A DNA stretch of 64,000 nt from Selaginella moellendorffii (taxonomy: Eukaryota > Plantae > Lycopodiophyta): the NCBI RefSeq assembly GCF_000143415.4, contig NW_003314287.1, positions 1,200,203-1,264,202 of the forward strand. The letters run 5' to 3'. The position numbers were made by a program, and so were the translations under genes. Positions 1 through 15,828 of this stretch are shown here, piece by piece. Each line of letters opens with the position of its first letter. The first letter of the stretch is position 1. The notes below the pieces were generated by a model, which worked only from the letters and a program-made list of their open reading frames with translations, made no database searches and was not told the DNA's origin.

Positions 1-65
1 TCACGAATTTGAGCTGACGATACCAGAAAAACTCCTGAAATAATCATAATAAAAAATCACCTCTC

Positions 66-3000
66 TCACTCGCTCACACCTTTGTTCTTGGCCGCCGCCG
101 CTGGCTTGCGATGATAGCTCGCCTCCTCGGATGCCGGGGCTTGAGCTAGCCTGGAGCTGGAAACGGTGGAGTCCGGTCGCCAGTACTGAGCAAATGGATA
201 ATTCGCTCCTCCTGCTGCTGCTGGTGCGGTTGATCCTGCTGCTGCTGCTGCCACCGCTGTGGATTTGGCACTGCTCGACGGCCTCGCGAGCTGGATACTC
301 GATGAGCTTGACGGCTTCGTTGCTACGTGATGAACTCTGGAAGCTCCAGTGGTTGTAAACACTGCCGTCGGTGGTGGTTTCTTCAGGTTGGCTGGCTTTA
401 TCTGGCTGGGAGACACGCTCGTCTTCATCTCCACTGGTCTTATCTCGATCATCCCGTTCGGCTTGGAGACTGGCTGCAGCCGGGGCTGCTTGCCCGGCCT
501 CTGGAGCTTGGCGACATCGGTCGGAGGTTGCTGGCGTTTCACTGGAGGGTTGTTTTGGCTCGGCGTTGCCTTGGGAACTACAGAGATCGCTGCTGCTGCC
601 CAAATTGAAGGTGTCATCTGCGATGCTAGCCTGTGCATGAGTAAAGTTAGAATTTTAGAGCTCACAATTCTTGTGTAGGTACCTGAAGCGGGTTTCACAG
701 ACGAGCGACCGGATACTCGAGCTGGACGGTGGTTCGGCGGTCTTTGGTTTCCCTGGTCTGAGCGTTACGTTCACAGGCCGGAAGTCCTCCATCTCTTCTG
801 GGCCGGAAAAACTGAGAGACAATTCCAGCGGAGGTTGGCTCTCGACGTCTTCATTGTCGTTGTCGCTGGCAGTATTGTTCTTCACGGCCTTGCAAGCATC
901 AGGCATCTTTCCATTGTCACTGGCAGTCGTCTGAGATAGAGCCTCCGCTACCAGCGCGTGCCCCTGCTTGTGAGAAGCCTGCCGCAACGGTGGCTTCAAG
1001 CAACCTTGACAGAGATTTGCCAGGGAGACGAACGGAAGGTTTCGGGGATGTCCAACGTTACTCACGAAACCGTTCCTCGACTTTGCGGACCCCTTGTAAG
1101 AGTCTTTCACACTCTGCACTGTAGCAAAGTGTCTCTGTAGCAACACCTCCTTGTCAGGAACTCGCTGCACTAGCTCTAACAAGCGCTTTGTGTCTTCCTG
1201 CATCAACCAAACCAAAAACAGACCAATTTTTCAGCTGCAGAATGAAACGAAAGCGTAACACATACCTCTGTCACCTTGATAACAGCCCCAGATAGTAATC
1301 TCTCGCTGCTCATCCCCCCGCAAATGGTACCAGCGTTCTCGACTACGAGCTGCCTAAATCTATCTTTACACTTAACAGGGTGCCTGTGCCGACCTCTATA
1401 CACTCCGCCGTCTGGCATTCCTTCTAAGGCATCGCTAGCCAGAAGCCAATTTCCACCATACTCGTGCACTACAGCGCACAGGACCTCGTCCTCCTCGGGC
1501 ATCCAGTCTGTGTGATGATCCTTGGCCTTGAGTGCTTCCTTTCTTCGGTCTCTTTCCAGCAAGATGACTGGGCTCTTCCTTGCGGTCGTGCAAATAGTTA
1601 GCTTGCCACCAAACCTAGGCCTGAAGTACTCTGTCCTGCTATCCTCCTTCCTAAACCTTTTGTTCTCGCCGCCCTCCTCTTCCAAAAACCTCGAAAACTT
1701 GCGCTTTCGTTGAAAAGGCGTGCGTAGAGAGTTATCCCACTGCATGTCGTACTCTCCCTCGTCGGACGCAATGGAGAGTACCTCATCAGCTTCGTCGGCA
1801 TCAATGTGATCATCTGCTCCCGCGTCTTCCTCGGAACAAAAATTGTACTCCTCTACACTGCTTCTTTCTAGAGATTTCAGTTTCTTCTTCTTTGGTCTCT
1901 TCAGCTGCTTCTCGCCCTCAATCAGCCTGAAAGAAAAGTAAAGACTAGATTCAGATATCAAAGGATGTAGAATTACCTGTCAGCCTCTTGGAGCTCCTCG
2001 TCGTGCATCGCGTCCCATTGTGCTTGTAAGAGTTCCTGTATACCTTGTTAAACAAACATACAGAAATGAAAAAATAAAAACGAAACCTGTTGCTGGGTCA
2101 AGACTTCTACTTGCTGCCTATAAGCTGCATCGGCATTAGAAGTATCCCAACCTGCCAGAACAAAGTTAACACGGCTTATAACTTTGGACGATGCAAATAC
2201 GTACTCTCGTAAAGAAGTGGTTCATCATCCTCGTCAATATCCGCCTCCTGTTCTTCCTTGAGTTTCTCTATTTGTTCCAATTCCCACTCCTTTTCCTCGT
2301 AGGTTACTTGTGTTTCCAAAGCGCTGGTATCGATGATTGGATTCCAGAGATCCAAAAACTGAATCGCGTATCTCTCGATTGGCTTGAGTTGGTCTTCAAA
2401 GTTATTGCCGTGACCTGATGCTGCTGCTGCGGCCGCAAGCTGCTTCACATCAGCAAGCATGTCCACCTCCTCCTCGGCATCCAGAAGGAGCGGTTGAGGT
2501 TCCTTAAGCTCTGGTAACGACGGTGTTCCAGCAGTTTCAATTTCCGGTGACGGAACTTTGGTCTCGGAAACCTTTCCATCCTCCAAGTCGTCGGCACATT
2601 CGTCCTCCTCCACGCTTACATCTTCAGCGAACTCCTGATTCTCCGCGGCCTCTTCCAGCTCCACCTTTTTCATAGCCATGTAGTCGGCCTCGTCTTCGGC
2701 ACTTTTGAGTGCCGCATCTACGTCGGCATTAGAAAGCGGCTGGTCGGCACGCTTTGTAGTGTTCACACCGGACAGGAGTTCCATGGGATCAAGCTTCTTG
2801 AAAAACTCAGTGTTGTAGCCACCGCTCTGGATGACCAAATTGTCGAGGAAACGCTTCTGGTTGGCCTTTTTCAAAATGTTCTCCTCGATGGTACTCTCGC
2901 TAACCAGCCTGTATATGTGAACTTCACGCGTCTGGCCGATGCGATGACACCTATCCTGAGCCTGTTGATCCATCGCAGGATTCCAATCACTGTCATAAAA

Positions 3001-6000
3001 TATGACTGTATCGGCGCCAACCAGGTTGATTCCAACGCCTCCGCTTCTCGTCGACAGGATGAACAAGAAGATCTTCGGGTTCGTGTTGAATCGTTGCATG
3101 AGAATTTGCCGCTGTTCAGGTTTGGTAGAGCCGTCGAGCCTCATGTAGTTGTAGCCGTAGAGGTTGATAAAACTCTCCAAGATGTCGAGCATCTTTGTCA
3201 TCTGCGTGAAGATCAGCGCCCTGTGACCTTCCGATTTCAGCCGCCGCAGCAGAACTGAAAGCTGCTGGAGCTTCCCACAATCGAACTGGAGGAGCCTCCT
3301 ATCCGGGAAAAACAGTTGCTGCCGCACAACGACCGGACGCAGCGGTGCCACCAAGTCACTCATCTCCGCAAGTTGATTGCTCGGGAAGTCATGCCTCAAG
3401 ATTGAGGAGGCAGACTGTCTGCTGCACCAAATGAGCGGCGGGGGAGCCCGAGCTGCTGGTATGACGAATACAAAAGCCTGTAGCAGATCCAGGAGACTCT
3501 CGCACCATGAAGATGGAAGCCTCACCACCTCGGCTATCGCTGAAGGGAACGTCAAGTAACGAGAAGGATCTGACTGTATGGCATGAATACCATAAACAGG
3601 GTGCTCCACCTCGACGTGCTTCGCCAGCCCACGACCATATACCACATGCCTGCTGCATCGCAGTATATTGAGCCACCCAAATTGTCGAGCCTTTTCTCTT
3701 CTCCTCTTCAGTCTCTGCGCTGCCAAAGCCGCTTGAATCTCTTCGAAAATGTTCTGCGGTTCAGTCACCTGTTCCTGTTCGTTCCAGCTATCTTCACCAC
3801 TGGTGGCAATCTCTTCAATGAGAGGCGTTGGCGTAGCAAGTTCAGCGAGCTCCGATGGTTCCCAGGCCTCCATGTCTTCCGACAGGAGATAGTTCAACAC
3901 TTCGAGGTTCACTGTCGAAAAAGGCTTCTGCTGGACGGCCGTGCACAGCTCCGAGCACATCTGAAGCTCGAGGCCCGGCATGTCGAAGGAAGACACGATT
4001 GGTCTGCTCTCAAACAAGTCGGGATGATTGCAGACCTTGCGCAACTGCATCAGGACGTTGATGAGTCCTAAGAAGTTGCCGCCCGACAGAGTTGCTTGTG
4101 TGTCAGAACTGGCCATGAAGTCCTCGTAGAGATTGCGTTGCCGCTTCGAGAGCCTACATGGCACTACATGCTCGTGCTTCCCCGGGAGCTGCTTCTCAAC
4201 GTCGCGCTTCAAGCGCCTCAGGATGAAAGGTCTCAGCACATTATGCAGCCGATCCACCACGTCCTGGTTTACTTTGTCCTGGCCTTCCACCATCCCGCTG
4301 ATAGGATTGCTGAACCAGTCTCGAAACTCTTGATGCGACTGGAAAACGTGTGGCATCAGGAAGTGCATCAAGGACCACAGCTCCATCAAATCGTTCTGGA
4401 GAGGAGTTCCCGTCAGAAGGATCCTTCTCTTGGAGTTGAAGTTCAACAGCATCTGCCAGCGTTGAGATTTCCAGTTCTTTATAAGGTGCGCTTCGTCGAG
4501 AATGAGATACTTCCACTTCTTCCGTTTGAAGGCCTTCGCGTCCTGGATAACCAGCCTGTATGTCGTGATGCAGACATGGAAGGAGTTCGCCTTCGACCAC
4601 CCTTGCCGCTTTATCTTGCGCTCTTTTGCGTTGCCGAAGTACGTTAGGACCTTGAAAGCGGGACACCACTTCATGAACTCTGTTTCCCAGTTGAGCATCA
4701 CGCTTGTCGGCACCACTATCAAATGAGGTCCCCAAATGCCTTTCTCACAAGCCAAGTGAGCTAACAAGGCAATTGTCATGATCGTCTTGCCAAGGCCCAT
4801 CTCGTCTGCCAGAATTCCGTTCAGCCGCTTCTCGTACATGGTGACCAGCCAGTCCAGTCCTATGTGCTGATACTCCCGCAAAGAATGCTTCAGCAAGAAG
4901 GGAATCTTGGTCCTCACTCTTGTCGTAGAAAATGTGTATCCTGTTGGCTGTGCAGACAGGGCAGCAGCAGCAGCGTCGTCAAGCTCCTTCCTACCGGTCT
5001 TCCCAGATCCCTCCACTCTACTACTATCATCTAAACCAGCTCTTTTTCTCATGCGTTCCCCTCTTTGTTGAGCAGCTCGGGCTACATTAGCCAGCACTTC
5101 CGCCTCCTGCTCCGTGCCGTAAAAAATCTTGCTGTCTCCTGTAGCTTTTGATCTACCCGTACTCTTGATGATCAATAACGAACTTCGACCGCTAGTACTA
5201 GGTTCGCCCATTCTCTCTTTAGCCTCATCGGAGCTATCAGAAGGCGCGTCACTAGCACCGCCCTTCTCGTCTCCTGAGCTCTCGGCACGCTCCTGCATCA
5301 AGGTATGTAAGCTACTGTGTGCACTGTAAAGTAGAACTTACCGCACGGTATCGAGACAAAAGCTCTGAAACGGGCAACTCATTTTCCATCTTCAGTTGCT
5401 CAAGCTTCAATACCATGCAACATTCCATTAGTCAGAGCGAAAAAACACTTGAAAAAGTACCGTACCTCAAGGTTAACGTCTTTGTTCTCTGCCATCGCTA
5501 GCTTTTCCTCTTCGTCGAAAGTCCTTTCGTCGTCCTACAATCAGAAAGTGATTTAAGGAAGAATAATCTTCCAAAATTTACCTCCTCTGACGCATATGCG
5601 GTATGAGGATCGTATTCCTCGTCATCCTGCATAAGAAATCCCAACTTCAATAAGAATGCGTTCCCTCAAGCCTCTACAGGCTGCCTAAATGATGGGTATC
5701 TTACCAATTCTTTATCTTGGTCGGCGTCGGAGGTACTTCTCTCTTCCTCACTATTATCACCTTTGAAAGACAACCGTTGGTGAAAAACAAGAAAACAGTA
5801 ACATAGCTGATGACGAAACCTTTTGCATATAGACCAACAAGCTCCTCTATTGGCAGCTCGCTCTCCCTCTGAAGCGCATTCAGTTCTTCCTTGCGCTCGT
5901 CTTCGGTGATCAGCGCTTCGTCGGCTTCGAGAGTGGCCTCGTCATCCTGCTACACCGTTTGTGTTAGAAAAATTATAATTATCAGAACGAACTGCGTTAA

Positions 6001-7242
6001 CCTCTTCTTCCATTTGGTCACATGTGAAATCTTTGTCAGTAGAAGGCTCATTTGCAGCGTCCAGCAAATCTCCAGTGTCCTGAGTTTTCTGGTCTTCATT
6101 GTTCTCAGGAAGGCCTGACAGGTTAACTGCTAACATAGAAGAGTATCTGAATAAAATGTGCAATCAGCGAACTTAGAAGCACAAGGGCACGATTGAGCGT
6201 ACCTTTCTGTTTGCCCAAGTAAGAAATTTAAATGCTTGTCCAGGGCTTTCTTCTTCTTCTGTTCAACAGCAAGTTGATGCTTGTAGACGACCTGGACGAC
6301 AATACGTCATAAGAGAACATTTAGAAAATTATCTTACCAGCTTTTCGATCTTCACCCAGAACTTCTTAACTTCTTTCGCTATGTTGCTCGCGATTCTTCG
6401 GATGCGCTGCTCTTCACCCTACAGTTTCCAGCCTTAAGACAACGGCAGCATTACAGAGCGCAAAGCAAACCTTGAGCCGACGCATGCCTTTGCTTTCCTC
6501 TTCCGATTTAGCCTTTGCAACTTTCATGGCAACTCTCTTTGCTTGAGCCACCTTCCATTTCCTCTCCTTATCAAAGTCCTACACTCAAAACATTCGTCTT
6601 AATAGCTCTATGGAGAACACGATGACATACCTTGGAAAGCCAGACCATCTCCTCAAGAACGTAGTCCCAGTGACTCTTCGCATGCGTGGGCTCTTTCCAC
6701 TTCGATGGTGCTCTTCGCTTCACTTGCTCGAGAGCCTAAGAATGGAAGAAGAAGAAATCGAGCAAGTAAGCAATGCACTGGACACTCCATGCAAATACCG
6801 ATGCATGTACCTCTTGCCTTGTCCAAATCTCCTCAGCTCGGCTTAAAACCGAGTCCTCGTACGCGAGCTCCTCTTCCTCATTTAAAAACCTCACGGAATC
6901 CTTTTGAGGCGTTTCATCCAAGACCTTTGCCTCTGTTGCCACAACGCATAGCTCCTGCGTCTTCCCAGCGTCCGATTGGAGTGGCTCCAATTTCGACGGA
7001 GTGACAGCCCCCTTTCCTGCATTTAGCTTGGATTCCTCGCTCGCGAGATCGAGCTTAGAATCGCCTGGAGCCCTCTCCTGCCCTACACTATCCTCGACGA
7101 GCCTTTTATCACCTGGGAGCTTCCCATTTGACCTCGCATCGTCGGCCCCTGGGCTGGACACCTCTTCTTTGGCCGATTTGGAGCGATTCCGGCGGCCATA
7201 GCACCTTAGCTGTGGCTTGGCAGCCGCGCCTCCAGCTTCCAT
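66..7242 (-). CDS. PIE1: SWR1-family SNF2 chromatin-remodelling ATPase (PIE1-like), multi-exon
   Basis: HSA-type segment SHWDYVLEEMVWLSK/DFDKERKWK (about 6550-6690). Large exon 2176-5301 has NGILADEMGLGKT, LILDEAH, LLTGTPLQN, a split helicase insert and QAQDRCHRIGQTR. A SANT/Myb-like segment (WMPEEDEVLCAVVHEYGGNW) lies at about 1380-1510. ATG at 7242, TGA at 66-68. Confidence 0.95.
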
Positions 7243-7648
7243 CTAAGAATGTAAATCCCTACTCTTGTCAGCTTCATCCAGCCGCCGCCCCTAGCCCTGC
7301 CGCCTCCAGAAAGAACATCCACAAACCCCCTCCCGCTATCCCCCGGCTTAGGGCTTCCCCCAGCGAAGGCACAACAAAGGATGTTTATCAGTTTTAGTTT
7401 TTCCCAGCGTTCATGGTTGGGGAAGAAGAAAGACCTTTTCGGACGACAAATCTGGCCATGGCCCAATCTACCGAGTACGAAACTGGAACAATCGCGTCCG
7501 TTGGCATGCCGACGGCCCAGATCATCTCATTTCTTGCAAGGTTTTAGGTCTAATAATGCGAGTATTGATCGATTCGTACTAACACAAATTCGAAAATGCC
7601 ACCGGGTATTATGACCATAGCTTAGGGCAGGCAGATTATCAGAGAGCT

Positions 7649-10600
7649 ATGGCTCTTGGCATCCTCGCGGCGCTGCTGTGCTTGCTCGCCGGCGCTAGGG
7701 CATCGCCGATCGACGAGGACGCATGGCGCGAGCTGAGATCGACGATGCCTCCGGCTCGCGATCAGCTCCGAGCAGCGGCGAGCGTCTTGCGGAGATTAAT
7801 CCCTGGCCATGCCTCGGCATTCCAGCTCCAGATCATAACACTGGTAAGCAAACAAGGGTCTTCTGTCAATGCTGGTAAATCGAATTGATTGATTGATTCC
7901 AGGAAGATTGCGGTGGCAAATCCTGCTTCCAATTGAGCTCTTTAATGGATGAAGGTTCGAGAAAAATAAGGTACGCTTCTGAATCAATCGAATTTTTCCC
8001 CTAGCTGAGTCCCATTTACATAGTATCCATGGAACGTCAGGGGTTGAGCTTTGTGCTGGCTTGTATTGGTATTTAAAAAACTGGTGTGGAGCTCATATTT
8101 CCTGGGACTTAACTGGGGGCTCTCAGTTAGATACCATTCCAGAGCCTCAAGCACTGCCTGCCTTGCCTCCTGGTGGTGTCAAAATCCAGCGTTCAGTACC
8201 TTGGAGTTACTACCAAAATGTGGTGACCTCTAGCTGTATGTGCTTGTAAAGCTATGGTTTTACTTGAACTTAACCGATTCTTCATGGTTTTTTGTGTAGA
8301 TTCGTATGCATGGTGGAACTGGAAAAGGTGGAGGAAAGAGATAGACTGGATGGCCTTGCAGGGAATCAACTTACCTCTTGCATTCACCGGCCAGGAAACT
8401 ATATGGCAAAAAGTTTTCGAGGTTTGGCAGTGTATGGGAGTTCTGTGTGTGCTTATATTTTCGTTGCTGACAGAGTAAATTTAACATGACAAAACACGAG
8501 CTTGACGACTACTTTGGAGGACCATCCTTCCTTGCGTGGGCACGTATGGGAAATTTGCACGGGTAAGGAGAACGACGTTTAGCTAACCATCTGTCAACTC
8601 TAAATTCTTGTGTAGTTGGGGAGGGCCTCTGCCAGAGAAGTGGCTGGAACTGCAACTAATCTTGCAAAAGAAAATTCTACATCATATGCGCAGCCTTGGC
8701 ATGATTGCTGGTAATCTTGTATAAAATTGATCGTTTCTTCACAGACAATGAATTTGTGCAGTGCTACCGGCGTTTTCTGGCAATGTTCCTCGAGCATTGA
8801 AAATTCTATATCCGTCTGCCAATATCACACGTTTGCCAGATTGGTAAGGCCTTCGGTTTTCTTTACTTCATTTCTGTGTTTTAGGAACACTGTAGATGGA
8901 AATCCGCAATGGTGTTGTACATACCTTCTTCAACCCATGGACCCGTTGTTTATTCAGATTGGGAAAGCATTTATCGAACAGCAAGTAAAAGGTTTTTGTT
9001 ATCAGTGCTGTTTCTGGATTCAAGTGACCGTGATACTTGTTGCTGCAGAATACGGATCTACACAACACGTTTACAACTGGTTAGAATGATGTCTCTGACT
9101 CTATTCACATTCTTGTTTCCTTTAACAGCGACACATTCAATGAGAATCTTCCTCCAACCGATGATCCAAGCTACATATCTGCACTTGCAGCGTCTGTTTA
9201 TGGAGCCATGATTGTGGCTGACAAGCAAGCTATCTGGCTTATGCAGGTAACGTACTATGTTGTTGAGGCTCTCGGGTACTATCATATCCTGTTACAGGGC
9301 TGGCTTTTCTCATCGGATGCTCAGTTTTGGAAGCCTCCTCAAATGAAGGTATCCTATCGTGCATACTGGGCCGCATTCTTATCAATCTGATTTGGTCGCT
9401 AGGCTCTTTTGCACGCGGTACCATTTGGAAAAATGATAGTTCTCGATCTCTTTGCAGAAGTGAGGCCTATATGGTCGAAGTCATCTCATTTTTATGGTGT
9501 TCCCTACATCTGGTAAGTTTCTGAATTTCTCTCTCTGTTTGGTGCGGTATAAGCGACTTCTCTGCTCCAGGTGTATGTTGCATAATTTTGGTGGAAATCA
9601 CGAAATGTATGGGAGGCTTGATGTAGTCTCTTCAGGTCCAGTTGATGCTAAAACTAGTGCAAACTCTACTATGGTATCGATACGTTTTTCTATTTCCGAA
9701 AGCAATTAGCAAGGGGGTTGTTTCTAGATTGGCGTTGGGATGTGCATGGAAGGCATCGAACAAAACCCAGTCGTCTACGAACTTATGGCTGAAATGGCAT
9801 TCCGCTCAACTAGAAACGCTCTGAAGGTAATTTTAACAGTTTGATGCCGTTGCATGACTAACCAACTTTGGAGTGCTGGTAGGATTGGGTGAACGATTAT
9901 TCTACAAGGCGCTATGGTAAAGCCGTCCCAGAAGCATTGGAAGCGTGGCAAATTTTATCACATACGTTATACAATTGCTCCGACGGCTTACAGGACCACA
10001 ACACAGATGTAATTGTGAAATTCCCAGATTTAAACGCTTCTTCACTGACCACATTATCGAGATACTTGGCAGAAGAAGCTGGCACCCAGACTCGACGACT
10101 TTTAACCGAAGGGCTGACCTCGTTTGGTCACTTATGGTATCGTCCTACTGAAGCAAAGGTGGCTCTATCTTACATGCTGAATGCATCTTCTAGTCTCAGC
10201 AACGTCGCGACTTACAGGTCTCTCGAGTTTTTCTTTGTTTTACTTTTCTGTTTTTGTTTGTTGAAAATTCGCTTATCAAAACTTTTCAGGTACGATCTGG
10301 TGGATCTTACTCGACAGGTTCTGATGAAGCTTGCCAACCAGATCCACCTGCAAGCACTGGTTTCATTTGTCAAAGGCGATCTGGAAGAACTTACAAAGAA
10401 TTGCGACATCCTGATCGGAATTATCAAGGACTCGGAGCTACTGTTACGCTCGAACAACGGGTTTCTCTTGGGCCCATGGCTGGAGAGTGCCAAAAAACTG
10501 GGAACAAACTCCGACGAGAAACATTTGGTAAGCTTGTCGCCGTTTTAAATCATTCCTAAACTTCCTTTTTCCAGTATGAATGGAATGCCAGGACGCAAGT

Positions 10601-10968
10601 AACTATGTGGTTCGACAATACGAGAAGCTTGCCGAGTGCTCTCCATGATTATGGTATGTTTTCAGTGCTCGTCTTTACATTTGTTTTCGCCTGATAGTCT
10701 CTTCCTCTGCGCTGTGGCAGCGAATAAAATGTGGAGTGGCCTCTTCGAGGACTACTATCTTCCACGCGCGTCGCTGTACACGAAGCTCCTAGTAAAGGCC
10801 CTCCACGACAAGGAGCCATTCCCATACGGCTCTTGGCGATCTTCATGGATTCTGCTGACCAACACTTTCCAGAACGGCACGAAAAATTATCCACTGGAGG
10901 CGGCCGGTGACTCCATCGAAATCGCGAAGTCACTGTTCAGCAAATACGACTCTCTCGTCCACGACTAG
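7649..10968 (+). CDS. NAGLU: Alpha-N-acetylglucosaminidase (GH89, NAGLU/CYL1-like), multi-exon, with signal peptide
   Basis: Signal peptide [20 protein letters not shown]89 motifs [77 protein letters not shown] and [13 protein letters not shown] are spread over short-intron exons. Confidence 0.93.
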
Positions 10969-11937
10969 CCGGGAAGACGTACGCAAAAAAAAAAATAATA
11001 ATAATTAAAAAATGGAGGCTAGACTTTTTTAACTGGACATTTTTTCTTCGCAGCATCTTCTCGGACAGAGATTGATCCATCTGGGGAAGGATTGATTAAG
11101 TTCATCCATACTATTCTAAGCTCGCAAGAGAAAGAAATCTTAGCCGCGAAACTCTGGCGATCTATCAAACTCTCCACGCCATTAAGATATTTTCTAATTC
11201 ATGTAAGATAAAGATAAGATAAATCACGCGGGGGTGGGAGAAAAATTCCACCCATCTCTACCCGTCAAACCCGTCAACAACTCTAGGCATTCCCAAGTAT
11301 TCCAATGGCCCCCCTACCGCAGTAAAAGCCCGCTATACAGCGGGCGGGCGGCAAATGTAGGCGGTAAAACCACGCCGCACTATCTCGCACGTCGGATCCC
11401 CGACACCAACGGTGAGTGGATATAACCATGCTCTTTTTACCGGGTGGCCAACTGGACTTTCAGTTGGCCTTGTGTGTGTATAGTGTGGCCCGTGTCTTCT
11501 TTTTTGCCTCTTTTTTTTCTCCGCCCCACCATTCCTTCTCTGTCTGGTTGCTGTTTGTTGTGTCTGGAGAGTATACTCTCTTCTCTATTGGTACGCTTAA
11601 CGGAGTTCTTTCGTTAATAGCCCATTCTCCCTCTCTCTCCTCTCTTTCTTTTTTCTCTCTCGATCGATACCGTCGCCCTATCGCCCTAGGTACCGCATTG
11701 GAGGCGCCGCTCGCTCGATCTCTCTTCCTCTTCCTCCTCGACCGCAGGGCGCCGTGCCGCTATGATCTGGGCGTGATCCCACGCCGTGCCGTGCCGCTGC
11801 ATGCAAATCGCAATGCGATCTTGATCCCTATTTCGCGGTCGCATCGGTAGATCCAGTCTCACTCCAGGAGGAGTAGCGGCAGGGCGCGCAGGGATTGGTC
11901 TTGATCCCGGGCGGGGGAGGGGCAGGGATCATCACTT

Positions 11938-14325
<2,388 letters not shown>

Positions 14326-14755
14326 GAAGTTCCAAAGCTATATGATAAAAGGTGGGACACCAGGAATAAGCTATGGTGATTTTTACAATAATAAGAGAGA
14401 TCCGAAGGATATGGCGGCACTTCCATGGTTTTCTGGGATGTTTGTCAAGAAGAAAATTGGAGAAATAAATACCATGGTGGTATGATCATAGGAATGGTTT
14501 TTTTTTATTATTATTATCTCACCGAACGTTTAAGATGTTACTCCCAAGTTGGAATTACTGGTAAACTCTTTCCTTGGAATTCCTCCAACGTTTTGGGAAG
14601 AACACACTAACTTCCAAAGTTCTCGGAAGAACTTCGAGAGCTTAATATCACCAAATTCTTCCGCTGAACAAGCATTTCTGGATTCTACTTACTGGAGGCA
14701 TGGGCACCAACAAAATCTTTGAAAGCTTGAGCTTGTTCTTCGATCACGTTGCTCG

Positions 14756-15799
14756 TCAAGAAAAACTAGAACAGTCATTTTCCACTTTCTCCAAGGTTGA
14801 TTGAGTTACCTTCTTGGCCAGGAGAATGAGATGCGGAGCCAGCGGTCTGTGGAGCTGCTCTAAATGTGTGCAAATCCATTCGGAGGGTGGCAGCAGAGAG
14901 GCGAATTCTTTCACAGCTTCATACTCTTCCCTGTGTGCCTATTGTCAGAACTTTGCAACCAAAGAAAAACTTGACTCACTGGCCTCCGGGATGCCCAACG
15001 TAGCATATCACGCTCACGAGCCCTCCTGGCTGGAGCAAATCGAGCGAGCAGTGGAGCGATTGGATCGTGGTTGGAGCACGAGTGATGAGCTCCTTGTCCC
15101 CGTGTGGAAGGTATCCAAGGTTGTAGACTACAAGCCTGAGGTGGTGGACGAGGCCCTGGAGCCAAGAGCTTGAGTTTTAGTGTTCCAGAGAGAAAGAGAA
15201 AAGAGCACGCTACCTCGCTCGAACATCCTTTAGAACTTCGCCCATCTTGCTGTGGCAGTCCTGGAAGAGCTCAACTCGGTTTCTCTGAGAGTAAGATCCA
15301 ATGAGAAGGAAAGAAAAGATGAAGAGATCATGGTTGGCTTACTTGCTCGGGAGTTAGATGCTGCTCGAGTAGAAGAGAAGTTCTCTCCAACGCCTCCTTT
15401 TGGATGTCGAATCCATAGACTCGCCCGAGAAGAGAGCCCGGGGACACCAGTCGAGCCAAGAGCAACGTATCGATTCCATTCCCACACGTCGTATCCACCA
15501 CAGTGTCGCCAGGCCTCACGATTCTCTTCCAAACGCTGCGAGCAAGCACGAATCCAGACGAAATTCTCAAGGAAATCAACTCACGCGCTGGCAATGCTTG
15601 TCGCCTTAGCACCGCCGAGAAGAAGCTGAGCTGTGGAAGTCTCATCGCTGGAAATCCGGCTCGTTGAATCGGCTGTAAGGAAATCCCCAGCCTTAGCACC
15701 TCGCTCGAATCGATTCAGCGAGAGAATACCTGAGATCTGTGCGCGCAGGAGCGTCGCTGGCCGGATCGAGCACCGGATTGCCGGGAATGGCCGGGTCAT
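14756..15799 (-). CDS. SAM-dependent methyltransferase, YtqB/MnmM (rRNA_methylase-like) family, probably organelle-targeted
   Basis: Spliced reading gives [69 protein letters not shown] and EEYEAV, which are the hallmark motifs of this family. The exact 3' end is uncertain because a possible donor sits at AAG|GTAACT. Confidence 0.85.
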
Positions 15800-15805
15800 G
15801 CCTTA

Positions 15806-15821
15806 AACCCTAATTAGGGTT
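15806..15821. promoter_or_regulatory. Palindromic double telo-box-like element (AACCCTAATTAGGGTT) between divergent genes
   Basis: A perfect 16-bp palindrome containing AACCCTAA on both strands lies in the 29-bp gap between ATG 15799(-) and ATG 15829(+). Confidence 0.6.
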
Positions 15822-15828
15822 CTTGGCA

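Noticed and set aside
9348-9402. Possible U12 intron in the GH89 gene (GTATCCTA donor)
   Set aside because: The donor deviates from GTATCCTT and no clear TCCTTAAC branch site is present. It is compatible with an ordinary U2 intron.
14814-15173. 119-aa plus-strand ORF
   Set aside because: It is the antisense shadow of methyltransferase exons (NLGYLP, YVGHPGG) on the minus strand.
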